From Rhodothermales bacterium (GTDB taxonomy: Bacteria > Bacteroidota > Rhodothermia > Rhodothermales > Bin80), in NCBI GenBank assembly GCA_965207385.1, contig CBDBLZ010000017.1:65090-129089 (forward strand): DNA of 64,000 nt. Direction: 5' to 3'. Of this stretch, positions 1 to 8,945 are shown one piece after another. Numbering within the stretch: position 1 is the first letter of the stretch; every line of letters begins with the position of its first letter. The notes beneath the pieces were generated by a model. That model saw only the letters and a list, made by a program, of their open reading frames with translations, did not search any database and was not told the DNA's origin. Position numbers and translations under genes: made by a program.

Positions 1-1303
1 CCGTAATCTTGGGGAACCAGTAATAGATGCCGGCAAACATGGCCAGGATGGTACCCGGTGCCACGACGTAGTGGAAATGCCCAATCACGTAGTACGTGTC
101 GTGCAACGGAATGTCCGTTGGAGCCAGTCCGAGCGGCAGTCCTGTCAGCCCTCCGATGCCAAACATCGGCAGAAAGCCCAGCGCAAACAGCATCGGGACA
201 GTAAAGCGAATCGAGCCGCCGTACAGCGTAATGAAGAGCGCGGACAGGATCACCACCGACGGAATGGAAATGATCATGGTCGTTACCTGGAAGAAGGCGC
301 TGATGGCCGTTCCCATCCCCGTAATGAACATGTGGTGCGCCCACACGATGAACGACATGAAACCCAAGAACAGCAGCGAATACACCATGAGGCGGTAGCC
401 CCAGAGCGGCTTGCGCGTATTGTTGGCAATGACCTCGGCCACGATCCCCATTGCCGGCAGGATTAGCACGTACACCTCCGGGTGAGCCAGGAACCAGAAC
501 AGGTGCTGCCACAGGAGCGGACTGCCTCCACCGGCAACCTCAAGGGGGCCTTCCGTCACCACGAGTCCGCTTGGCAGGAAGAAACTTGTGCCCAGCAGCC
601 GGTCTGCCAGCTGCAGAAAGCCTGCGGCCTCAAGAGGCGGGAATGCGAGCAGCAGCAGGAACGCCGTGACAAACTGCGCCCAGACGAAAAACGGCATGCG
701 AAAGAACGTCATGCCTTCGGCCCGTAGCTGAATGATGGTTGTGATGAAGTTTATGGCACCCAATAGAGACGACGTAATGAGGAAGACCATCCCCCAAAGC
801 CACATCGTTTGCCCCATGGTCTCTATATCCGCCAGCGGAGGATAAGAGGTCCAGCCTGCCTTCGCAGCGCCCTCCGGCACAAAGAAACTGGCCATCATGA
901 TCACGCCACCCCAGAAAAAGAAATGGTAGCTGGCCATGTTCAGGCGCGGAAACGCCATGTCGGGTGCACCAATCTGCAGTGGCACGACGTAGTTGCCGAA
1001 GGCCCCAACAGCAAGCGGCACAATGCCCATGAACACCATGATGGTGCCGTGCATGGCGCCGAACTGGTTGTACAGCTCCGGCGTGAGCGCGCCCAGAAGC
1101 GGAATCTCGACGCCAGGCGAAGCCAGCTGCCAGCGCATGAGCAGCATCAGGACGAACCCGAAAAGCAGGAAAAACAGCGCAGTGATGCCGTACTGAATGC
1201 CGATCACCTTGTGGTCCGTGGAGAACCAGTAGGTCTTCCAGAACCCTTGGTGATGGTCGCCGGCTCCGTTGTGGGCAGCAGATTCTGCGGAGCTATCTGC
1301 CAT
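1..1303 (-). CDS. ctaD: haem-copper cytochrome c oxidase subunit I, N-terminal ~434 codons; the 3' end runs off the window start
   Basis: Absent from the ORF track because there is no stop in the window. Manual reverse translation from the ATG at 1303 gives MADSSAESAAHNGAGDHHQGFWKTYWFSTDHKVIGIQYG. It contains subunit I signatures LFWFLAHPEVYVLILPAMG, VWAHHMFITGMG and HDTYYVIGHFHYVV. Confidence 0.9.
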   Translation of the reverse strand, partial: MADSSAESAAHNGAGDHHQGFWKTYWFSTDHKVIGIQYGITALFFLLFGFVLMLLMRWQLASPGVEIPLLGALTPELYNQFGAMHGTIMVFMGIVPLAVGAFGNYVVPLQIGAPDMAFPRLNMASYHFFFWGGVIMMASFFVPEGAAKAGWTSYPPLADIETMGQTMWLWGMVFLITSSLLGAINFITTIIQLRAEGMTFFRMPFFVWAQFVTAFLLLLAFPPLEAAGFLQLADRLLGTSFFLPSGLVVTEGPLEVAGGGSPLLWQHLFWFLAHPEVYVLILPAMGIVAEVIANNTRKPLWGYRLMVYSLLFLGFMSFIVWAHHMFITGMGTAISAFFQVTTMIISIPSVVILSALFITLYGGSIRFTVPMLFALGFLPMFGIGGLTGLPLGLAPTDIPLHDTYYVIGHFHYVVAPGTILAMFAGIYYWFPKIT

Positions 1304-1420
1304 GGTTTAGTCTATTTCGTGGTGAATGATGGCGCAGCCACAAAAGTAAGAAAGCGTTCAGCAACCGCGCACTTGCCGTCGCTGAACGCTTTCTCATATC
1401 TGGCCGCGAAGCTGGTCAAT

Positions 1421-2200
1421 TCAGCTGGCGGCACTGTAGGTAACGTCTGCCGTTGACGCTTCACCGTCGGTCACGCTGACTGACATCGACTGCTCGCCCA
1501 ACTCCGAGTGCCATGCCGTTACCGTGTACTCGCCTGCCGGAAGACCGCTGATGGTGAAGCTGCCGTCAGCACCCGAGACCCCGAAGTATGGATGGTCGAG
1601 CACGCCTATGTAGGCCTGCATCCACGTGTGTACATCACACTTGACGGAGATCATCACTTCCGGTATGAGAAACGACTTCTCCAGATAATCTCCCTCATTG
1701 GGCGTTGACTCGTTGAATCCGCGGTTGGTCTCGGGAACCGGATGAATGTTGTGCTGGAACGGATCGCTGTTTTCGATCCGGATCATCTGGCCGGTCTGCA
1801 CACCCATGACGTGAGGCACATACATGCATCCTTCCTGGTCCAGTACAGCTGGCTCGGAAGGCGTGGCATAGGAATACCCGTCGGGAAGGCCGCCGGTAAC
1901 ATAAACAAACACGGACTGGAGCCCGCCCGCCTCGCCTACGACAGTGGCGTCGGATAGTGGGTCGGTATCCCGCTCGTCCATGCAATCGGCAGTCATGCGA
2001 AGCGGCATGCGCTCAGGCGGCGTGCCATCGAAGCTCACCATGCCGGTTATGGACCCGGTTCCCATGGGTGTCGAATCCACCGCTTCCGCCATCTCCTCTC
2101 CACCCTCTTCCATTGCAGGATCTTCGGCCGCGCTTCCGCCACCGCCTCCACAGCCTACAGCGAGAAGGGCAAATACCAGTAGTAGTCCGATAGGTCGCAT
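1421..2200 (-). CDS. cupredoxin-like (type-1 copper-like) lipoprotein with a C-terminal Ig-like domain
   Basis: 259-aa ORF with a lipoprotein signal (LLAVGCGGGG). It has a single-Cys C-x2-H-x2-M site (KCDVHTWM) with upstream His (FQHNIHP), as in amicyanin-type sites. The C-terminus GSFTISGLPAGEYTVTAWHSELG is beta-sandwich-like. It lies directly upstream of ctaD. Confidence 0.6.
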   Translation of the reverse strand: MRPIGLLLVFALLAVGCGGGGGSAAEDPAMEEGGEEMAEAVDSTPMGTGSITGMVSFDGTPPERMPLRMTADCMDERDTDPLSDATVVGEAGGLQSVFVYVTGGLPDGYSYATPSEPAVLDQEGCMYVPHVMGVQTGQMIRIENSDPFQHNIHPVPETNRGFNESTPNEGDYLEKSFLIPEVMISVKCDVHTWMQAYIGVLDHPYFGVSGADGSFTISGLPAGEYTVTAWHSELGEQSMSVSVTDGEASTADVTYSAAS

Positions 2201-2391
2201 CTTAATGTTCAGTTGGTTGTTCAGGATGCACGTTGCAGGCGAAAGCCGGAAGAAAGGTGGCAGGACGCCACACTCTCGAATCTCGTCTCGTCGCCCGATT
2301 GATCAAAGCTAAAATCTTGGAAATAAGGCCTTAATGTCAATACGGTGGACAGGGGTTCGCCGATTCTTATTAATGGGAGCAGGAACAGGAC

Positions 2392-2751
2392 ATGGACTGG
2401 GTTTGGGCCCTATACTCCAAGTATATCATGGCTGAGCTTCAGCAGCAGGGCAACGCCGCTCCAACCGACGACGAGATTGAAGCTGCCTTTCTTGCCGCCC
2501 TTGCGGAGTCCAGCATTACCATCCTGGTGCAGGAGCCCTTCCAGAATTCGGTTCGATTCAAGGGGCTGGCGCGGGATATGGTTCTGAATATGTCGGCGCT
2601 GCTGAACGACCCGATGACGTATCTGGCAGAGCGCTTCGGTGGCGGAAAATTCAAGCTGAACTTTCACCGTGGCTGGAGTTTTGTGGCCACGCGCAATTTC
2701 AAGCCGGAAGGAGAGCCCCTTTGGATGGACCTGCCGGAAATTGAATTCTGA
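2392..2751 (+). CDS. hypothetical protein (the start may be MAELQQQ at 2428)
   Basis: 119-aa ORF with coding-like codon usage; no recognisable motif. Confidence 0.5.
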   Translation: MDWVWALYSKYIMAELQQQGNAAPTDDEIEAAFLAALAESSITILVQEPFQNSVRFKGLARDMVLNMSALLNDPMTYLAERFGGGKFKLNFHRGWSFVATRNFKPEGEPLWMDLPEIEF

Positions 2752-2765
2752 CGGAAGGGCAAGCC

Positions 2766-3278
2766 ATGAGACCAACAGGCCGTAGCAGCACGCATCGTGA
2801 ACGCGTTGTGCTGTTCCTGGCATTCCTGACTTCACGGGAGTGCCGCGAGCTCTGCGGGCGGGCGGCAATTCCCGAAGATGTCGCCTCTTCACTGGCAAGC
2901 ATCTGGTTCGATGACCTGTATGTACCGGGCGACAGCTACCTGGATGCGGTCAAGGGCGACAGGGACGTGGACGAAGTCCATCGATTCCAGGGTTCTTTCA
3001 CGGAAAGCGAGCTGCGGTCACTCGAGCGATTCCATGGCTTTTTCGAGCTGCGCGCAGGCTTCCTGTCCAATAGCAGGCAGGGCCGGGCCCACTTTCCGGA
3101 CAACGATTCCTGGCAAGGGCTGATTCGCCACGCGGAACACGTATTGTCGGAACTGGAGCCAAATCCGGGTTACCTGCGGTCGGTATTGGCGGCGCTGGCA
3201 CGCTGCGCAGAGGCAGGCCCGGAATCGCTTGTGCAGGCGTTCAGATCAGTGCCCGGACTGCCGGAGCACCACGGCTAA
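2766..3278 (+). CDS. hypothetical protein
   Basis: 170-aa ORF 14 nt downstream of the previous gene; no recognisable motif. Confidence 0.45.
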   Translation: MRPTGRSSTHRERVVLFLAFLTSRECRELCGRAAIPEDVASSLASIWFDDLYVPGDSYLDAVKGDRDVDEVHRFQGSFTESELRSLERFHGFFELRAGFLSNSRQGRAHFPDNDSWQGLIRHAEHVLSELEPNPGYLRSVLAALARCAEAGPESLVQAFRSVPGLPEHHG

Positions 3279-3394
3279 TCGTACCCGGAGCCGGCAACTT
3301 TGCAGCTGAATGCCGGTCCATCGCCTACGTGCTGGCCTCGCCGGCGCCGTTTCCAATTCATTCACCATGGGGCGGGCAGTTGGCGGATCGTCCG

Positions 3395-4171
3395 CTACTC
3401 GTCCATAAACTGGTATTCCAGGAACTTTACAGAGGCGCCCTCGGGGTCTTCAATCTGGGCCATGCGCCCGACCTCCGGAATATCCATGATCGGCACCTGT
3501 ATCTTCGCGCCGTGAGACTGCGCAGCTTCCAGCGTCTTTTCGATGTCCGCTACAGTTACGTAGCCACTCCAGTGCGACGGTATTCCGGGATCAGGGGACT
3601 GTGCAATGCCGCCAAATTCGACATCCCCGACTCCTACGGTTCGGTAGATGCCGCCCGGGAATTCCCTGCCGGTGACAGTCCATCCGAAAAGCCTGCTATA
3701 GTACTCGGCCGCGCCTTCCGGATCTGGGGTCAGCAGCTCAAACCAGCTGAAGAGCCCGTGTGTGCGGAAGGTTGCCCGAAAATCCTGCAGGCCTCCCACT
3801 CCTTCAACATCCGTGTACTGGATGGCAGCAAGGTACGCACCATAACGGTCGAAGAATCCGCAAAAGGGCCCCGCGGGGCTATCCTCGACTGGCACTACCA
3901 TCTGCAGGTCATTCCCTTCAACCAGTGCGCGAATGTCTTCCACCGTCACGTAGAATGTCCAGCATGGCGGAATGTCCTCGGATGGACACTTCATGATACC
4001 CCCGGCGTTCAGATCTCCAACGCGCAACGTGTGGTAAACGCCATCAGGCGGCATCGGCCATTCCTGGAATTGCCAGCCGAGCACGCTTTCGTAGAAGCCT
4101 CGCGCGTTGTAGGGATCAGCGACCAGCAATTCCTGCCAGCTTATGGCGCCGTGGGTGGCAAAGGGATTCAT
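3395..4171 (-). CDS. VOC (glyoxalase/bleomycin-resistance/dioxygenase) family protein, two tandem VOC modules
   Basis: ORF 3395..4330 trimmed to the internal ATG at 4171 (MNPFATHGAISWQELLV). The repeated pattern FYESVLGWQF...GGIM and YYSRLFGWTV...GGIA is typical of paired VOC domains. Confidence 0.75.
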   Translation of the reverse strand: MNPFATHGAISWQELLVADPYNARGFYESVLGWQFQEWPMPPDGVYHTLRVGDLNAGGIMKCPSEDIPPCWTFYVTVEDIRALVEGNDLQMVVPVEDSPAGPFCGFFDRYGAYLAAIQYTDVEGVGGLQDFRATFRTHGLFSWFELLTPDPEGAAEYYSRLFGWTVTGREFPGGIYRTVGVGDVEFGGIAQSPDPGIPSHWSGYVTVADIEKTLEAAQSHGAKIQVPIMDIPEVGRMAQIEDPEGASVKFLEYQFMDE

Positions 4172-4400
4172 GGCTTGAAGGGAGAGGAGGCAAGAGAATG
4201 CGATGAACCGCCCGGTGTTACAGCGCTCATCTGGCTTTGTTGCGGCTTTGCGACCGGCTGGTCGAGCCAGGCGTATCCTAGGTGTCGACCGGGCTCGGGT
4301 GCCACCGCAGCTTCGTTTTGCAGATGCCATTCAGCCCGCAACAAGGTTCGCCGCTGCCAGTGCCCGCAACCCGGGACAGCAATAACTGTGGGCAATAACG

Positions 4401-5585
4401 ATGGACGTGACTGAAAGGAAGCTTCGCGCCTGGCACTGGCACGTGCAAGGGCTGGACGGAGGACTCAGGGACCACTCCCCTTCCCGCATACTGTCAGCAG
4501 CCGGATGGGCAAGGTCGGTAGGTGGAGCGTGCGTTTACCTAAGCTTGTTTAGCCGTGGAGGCCATGGTCGCGCAGCTGTGGATGCGGCGGCAGCCGACCG
4601 TGCCATCTATGAGCTGCCCAGCGTTCGCGGATGCGTATACGCAATGGCAGATGCGGACGCAGCTTTGGCACTGGCCGCCTGCCGGCCGTTCAAGGACCCC
4701 GAAATCAGAATCGCACGCCGGCTTGGCGTGACGGAAGAGGAGCAGGATCGGCTTTGCGCCGCGATTATGGAAGCGCTGGCCTCCGGCCCGCAGGATCCGA
4801 CCACACTGCGCAAGGCGGTGCGCCGGCAAGTGCGGAATCTTGGCGAAGAAGGCAAGAAGAAGGGACTGTCGACGACGCTGCCCTTTGCCCTTGGCCTGCT
4901 TCAAGCCCACGGAAGAGTGCGACGGATAGCTGCCAACGGTCGCCTTGACAGTCAGCGCTACCTGTACGAAAGATGGGAAGACGCTCCATCGACTGAAACC
5001 GAGCCTGGCGGTCAGCCGGTCCACACCGAAATTGCCCGAAGGTACTTTGAGTGGGCGGCGCCAGCGACACTCGCCGAATTCAGGTGGTTCTCAGGACTTG
5101 GTGCAAAAGCGGCAAGAGCCGCCATCACACCGATTGGGCTTCTGCCGCTCAAATCGGATGACGACAGGCTCCTCTCCAGGCCCCAGCAATTGCGTTTACA
5201 GGACTTCGAGCCTGCATCAGGCCCCGATATCAAGCTATTGAGCAGCCTCGACAGCCTGTTCCTGCTCCGCCGCGATCTTGATGGCATGGTTGCTGCGGAA
5301 GACCGGCAACATCCTCTGTTGCAACATGCGGCGCGCGGGCTGACGAACCTGCCGCATCATCCGATCGTCGATGGTGGCAGACTGATCGGCTTCTGGGAGT
5401 ACGACCCAGCGGAAGGAGCCATCACATGGGCAACATTTGGCAAGCCCGCAGACCCCGTGCGCGAAGCTGTATCTGAGACGGAGACCTTCATCCGAGAGGA
5501 TCTCGGCGACGCCAGGGCGTACAGTCTGGATACGCCGAAGAGGCGGGCAAAACGCATTTCGGCCCTTTCTCGCTTCGCAGCCTGA
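4401..5585 (+). CDS. winged-helix DNA-binding domain protein (YcaQ/DUF1006-like)
   Basis: 394-aa ORF. The N-terminus RKLRAWHWHVQGLDG, the overall length and the C-terminal pattern GFWEYDPAEGAITWATFG resemble the YcaQ-like family, from memory. Confidence 0.6.
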   Translation: MDVTERKLRAWHWHVQGLDGGLRDHSPSRILSAAGWARSVGGACVYLSLFSRGGHGRAAVDAAAADRAIYELPSVRGCVYAMADADAALALAACRPFKDPEIRIARRLGVTEEEQDRLCAAIMEALASGPQDPTTLRKAVRRQVRNLGEEGKKKGLSTTLPFALGLLQAHGRVRRIAANGRLDSQRYLYERWEDAPSTETEPGGQPVHTEIARRYFEWAAPATLAEFRWFSGLGAKAARAAITPIGLLPLKSDDDRLLSRPQQLRLQDFEPASGPDIKLLSSLDSLFLLRRDLDGMVAAEDRQHPLLQHAARGLTNLPHHPIVDGGRLIGFWEYDPAEGAITWATFGKPADPVREAVSETETFIREDLGDARAYSLDTPKRRAKRISALSRFAA

Positions 5586-5610
5586 CCGGCCGGCCAGGTC
5601 GCGGCGTGCG

Positions 5611-6084
5611 TCAGCGGTCGCCGCTATCCTGCTCCACGCAAGACGCCAGGTAGGACCGAATGCCGGCAAAAACCTCCCGCCAACCCTTGACGCACGCGTC
5701 GTGGAAATCATCCGCCTCGGGCCCCATCGGAAACCCGCGCTGCGTCACGCGAAGGAGCGTGCCGGACCCTTCTGCCTCCAGATCAAAATCAATTTCGAAG
5801 CGCGCTTCGAACGGAAGAGGCCCCGGTCTGCCGTAGTAATAGTGATCGGCCAACCCCAAGTGGCTTGGCGCCTTGAGTTCCCGGATCGACGTTACCGTAA
5901 CGTATTCCGGCGCGTCCTCGTCCTCTCCCCAGGCGACGGCATACCTTCCGCCTTGCTGCGGAACGACGATGGCAGAAGCAGCACTCCACCATATGCGTAT
6001 GGCGCTGGGCCGGAGCAGCACCGAAAAAAGCAGATCGGGTGTCGCATCAAATGATTCCTGGTGCCGTAGCGTACGCGTATCCAT
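5611..6084 (-). CDS. SRPBCC/AHSA1 (activator of Hsp90 ATPase homologue-like) family protein
   Basis: 157-aa ORF. The pattern FDATPDLLFSVLLRPSAIRIWW...LLRVTQRGFP...DACVKGWREVFAGIRSYL is typical of the START-like AHSA1 domain. Confidence 0.65.
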   Translation of the reverse strand: MDTRTLRHQESFDATPDLLFSVLLRPSAIRIWWSAASAIVVPQQGGRYAVAWGEDEDAPEYVTVTSIRELKAPSHLGLADHYYYGRPGPLPFEARFEIDFDLEAEGSGTLLRVTQRGFPMGPEADDFHDACVKGWREVFAGIRSYLASCVEQDSGDR

Positions 6085-6914
6085 TTGTATTGCAGGCTGA
6101 ATGTTCGGGACTCAAAGATAATCGTCGGCCGGTATTCCCAGACAACTGACCCGAAGATAACCGGATTCGACGCTAGCGGCGAGACTTGGATGAGGCGCCT
6201 CGCCGAATCCGACCGCTCAGGCACGGGCAAGCGGCAACGTCAGCCCGAAGCACGCCAGGCGGCCGATCTTGTGCCAGCTCGCCCCCTCCGGAGAAGAAGG
6301 GACCATACCGCAGCTGCAGCTTGCAAGAAGGCTACCCGCACGGACCCCTGGAGAAGCGACCGGGCGCTTTCGACGGAAAATCAGAGTATTGTTCGCGTGC
6401 TAAGCCCCGATGGACCATAACGCATGATTTCGGTTGAGTCCGGAGCTGCCGCCATATCCAGCCGCGCGCTTGCCGATCGCAGAGCCGGCTAACGCAAGAC
6501 CTGGTTGCGGCTGCTCCTGCCTTCCCGGTCGCTTCTCCACAGGTCATCCTTGTGATTGCAAGATACGGGTTCGCGGCTTTCGGAATCAGCACACCTGATC
6601 GACGGTGCAGAGATTGACGGCGTCCTTTGCGAGGTCAAGGCCGCTCCCCTGCTGTCAGTCGTTCTCGAGATTTGCGCATCCACCTGCAGGCACCCGCTTG
6701 AGGTGGCCCTCATCCATTGATTCCCGGGACCACCGCCCATGCACCTTCCGCGGAATCGGCTCTAGTGCCGGGCATCATGTGCTCAGCGAGCGATACGGAT
6801 TCCCGAGCCAGACCCGGACAAAATCGAACAATCGGGGCCGATAACATCCAGCCCGCGGTTTCATTGCGACCCGATTCAGGCGCCGCCAAATTCGCCCTTC
6901 ACGGGCAATGGGCC

Positions 6915-7454
6915 CTACGCGACATCGAACAGGTCGGTTTGCCCCCTCGTGATTCTCGCCATGACCTGGGCGTGCGTCAACATCCTTCCCCCCTCATCGA
7001 CGTGCGAGACGGCGACGCCCCGTTTGTCCAGCTCCTTGCCGATCAGCTTGCTGCGGTGGCACCGCTCCGGTCTTAGTTCGCTGCACAGGAGCGCAATCCG
7101 AATTCCCCGCCCGGCAGCCGCCATCACACGCTCCAGTCCCAGCAAAAACTCCGGCCTTCCGGCAAGAATGCCATAGCTCACTTTGCCATGGACATAACAG
7201 TCCGCATCATCCGGCCTCCCGCCCAGGAATGCACCCATGAACGCGTACCGCAGACCAGCCTCACGCAGCAGGCGTTCGAGGGACGCCTTCCTGAAATCGG
7301 GATTGAATCGGGAATAAGGCATCGATCGTACATCGAAAACATGTCCAACCCCATGCAAGTGCAGCAGAGCGACCATCTCCTGGGCAGTCCTGTTGCCATA
7401 TCCGATCGTGCATACGAGACCGGAGTCTGCGGAGTCGCTCATGCCGCGCTCCAA
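6915..7454 (-). CDS. DUF488 family protein
   Basis: 179-aa ORF. TIGYGNRTAQEMVALLHLHGVGHVFDVRSMPYSRFNPDF and LLCSELRPERCHRSKLI match the DUF488 pattern. Confidence 0.75.
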   Translation of the reverse strand: MERGMSDSADSGLVCTIGYGNRTAQEMVALLHLHGVGHVFDVRSMPYSRFNPDFRKASLERLLREAGLRYAFMGAFLGGRPDDADCYVHGKVSYGILAGRPEFLLGLERVMAAAGRGIRIALLCSELRPERCHRSKLIGKELDKRGVAVSHVDEGGRMLTHAQVMARITRGQTDLFDVA

Positions 7455-7569
7455 TACTGTGCCTGGATGAGTGCGCCCGCTACGCGGCAGCGCCGCTCAG
7501 CAGGAAGGAGGCGATTTTCCACACCCTTTACCCGCCGTTGCATGGAAGCGGCACCCTGGCGATTCGTGA

Positions 7570-8040
7570 CTACATGCCCAGGCTACTCTTCACCTCATCC
7601 AACAATTGCGCGTCAATTGCTGAGTGGCCGCGCTGCCGGGCAAACGATTCGATCTGCCTGCGCACCGAGGCCCGCACAAAGTCCGGAATGGCCGCCAGTC
7701 GCGCTTCGGCTTCGGCCGTCCAGGCGGGCGCACCCGACATGTTGTCTGCCGCCGCTACAACGCCGGTAAACGGGCACTTCGAGCCCGCCGCGGGCTCTGG
7801 ATTCCCCTTGCCCGTGGCAAGCGACGAGCGGAGCATTTCCATGGGCTTAGCCTCCTCGGGACGACCCCCGATCTTGACACCCAGGGAGCGCACCATCTGG
7901 GTCTCCATCCTGTTGGTCAGCATGGCCATATCCCGGCTGCAGGAGGGGCATCGATACACAATGGACATGCTGCCATCCTCCGGCCCCAGAGCATTCTCGA
8001 GCAGCATGGGCTCGTCACAGGGTATACAAAGAAACTTCAT
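7570..8040 (-). CDS. zinc-ribbon protein with a C-terminal PCP_red-like domain; last gene of the cydA-like operon
   Basis: 156-aa ORF. The N-terminus is CIPC...CPSC. The C-terminus is PAWTAEAEARLAAIPDFVRASVRRQIESFARQRGHSAIDAQLLDEV. Its start overlaps the upstream stop by 4 nt. Confidence 0.7.
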   Translation of the reverse strand: MKFLCIPCDEPMLLENALGPEDGSMSIVYRCPSCSRDMAMLTNRMETQMVRSLGVKIGGRPEEAKPMEMLRSSLATGKGNPEPAAGSKCPFTGVVAAADNMSGAPAWTAEAEARLAAIPDFVRASVRRQIESFARQRGHSAIDAQLLDEVKSSLGM

Positions 8041-8945
8041 GGGCTTGCAACTTCGCTTTCGACCAACTCCTGCTGCACGGCCTGCCCGATACGTTCGTAT
8101 GCTAGCGCAGCCATGCTGCCAGCTGCCTGGTCAAAGAATGATATGCCTTGATCCGCGCAGGAACGGATCCGCTTGTCAAACGGAACGGCCCCCAGATAGG
8201 GTAAGCCATTCGCAGCTGCAAATTCTTCAGAACCGCGCGCGGAGCCGAACAGCGTCTCCAAACTGCCGCATCGGGAGCAGCAGAAATGACCCATGTTGTC
8301 TACGAGGCCGAGCATGCGGACGCGGCACGCGTCCGCAGCCATGGTGATTGAGCGCCCGACCACCAGATGCGAAACATCGCTTCCGACAGTCACCGCTAGT
8401 GCACCAGAAAGTCCCGGAACCAGCTCCGCCAGATTGGCCAGCCTGTCGCCGCCAGGCGGAAGATCTACCAGCAGCACATCCAGACTGCCCCATTCGGTAT
8501 CCGCCAGCATCTCGCGAAGCGCGCCCATTTCCACCATGGGGCGCCACGCATACGCACCTGTCTGCGTGGGCGCCCGCCATAGAACAGGCGAGGTATCCTC
8601 CAACAGAAACAGGTCCATGGACATGACCCGAATACCCAGTCTGGCGACTGCGGGCAACATGCCCGAAGATCCGGCGCGAGGAGAATGACTCCGGACGCCT
8701 GTCATCTTGGGAATCGAGGCGCCGTGAATATCTGCGTCCAGTATTCCAATCGCCTGCCCCTGTCGTGCGAGCACATCCGCCAGGTTTACGGTAAAGGTGC
8801 TCTTGCCGACTCCTCCCTTGCCGCTCATGACGGCGACGACGTGCCCAATATCTGCCAGACGCTGCTGCAGCTGACGCTGCTGTGCGCCAACCTGCGCCGC
8901 TACATCCGATCCCCCGTCCCCGGCGATATCATGGTAGGACTTCAA
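8037..8945 (-). CDS. Mrp/NBP35 (ApbC-type) P-loop ATPase, Fe-S cluster carrier family
   Basis: 302-aa ORF with a deviant Walker A (MSGKGGVGKSTFTVNLA), DLPPGGDR, and a CxxC pair (FCCSRCG). It has 4-nt overlaps at both ends. Confidence 0.85.
   Translation of the reverse strand: MKSYHDIAGDGGSDVAAQVGAQQRQLQQRLADIGHVVAVMSGKGGVGKSTFTVNLADVLARQGQAIGILDADIHGASIPKMTGVRSHSPRAGSSGMLPAVARLGIRVMSMDLFLLEDTSPVLWRAPTQTGAYAWRPMVEMGALREMLADTEWGSLDVLLVDLPPGGDRLANLAELVPGLSGALAVTVGSDVSHLVVGRSITMAADACRVRMLGLVDNMGHFCCSRCGSLETLFGSARGSEEFAAANGLPYLGAVPFDKRIRSCADQGISFFDQAAGSMAALAYERIGQAVQQELVESEVASP

Noticed and set aside
2535-2560. GGTTCGATTC T-loop-like string (possible tRNA)
   Set aside because: It lies inside a coding ORF, and no complementary acceptor, D or anticodon arms surround it.
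3329-4414. 361-aa plus-strand ORF
   Set aside because: It is antisense to the well-supported VOC gene. Its Arg/Pro/Gly-rich composition is typical of high-GC shadow frames, and it has no motif.
6121-6200. GGATTCGACG motif reminiscent of the tmRNA 5' region
   Set aside because: There is no GGGG 5' acceptor end, no tRNA-like T-arm with CCA-proximal 3' end, and no ANDxxxALAA-type tag reading frame nearby. It is judged coincidental.
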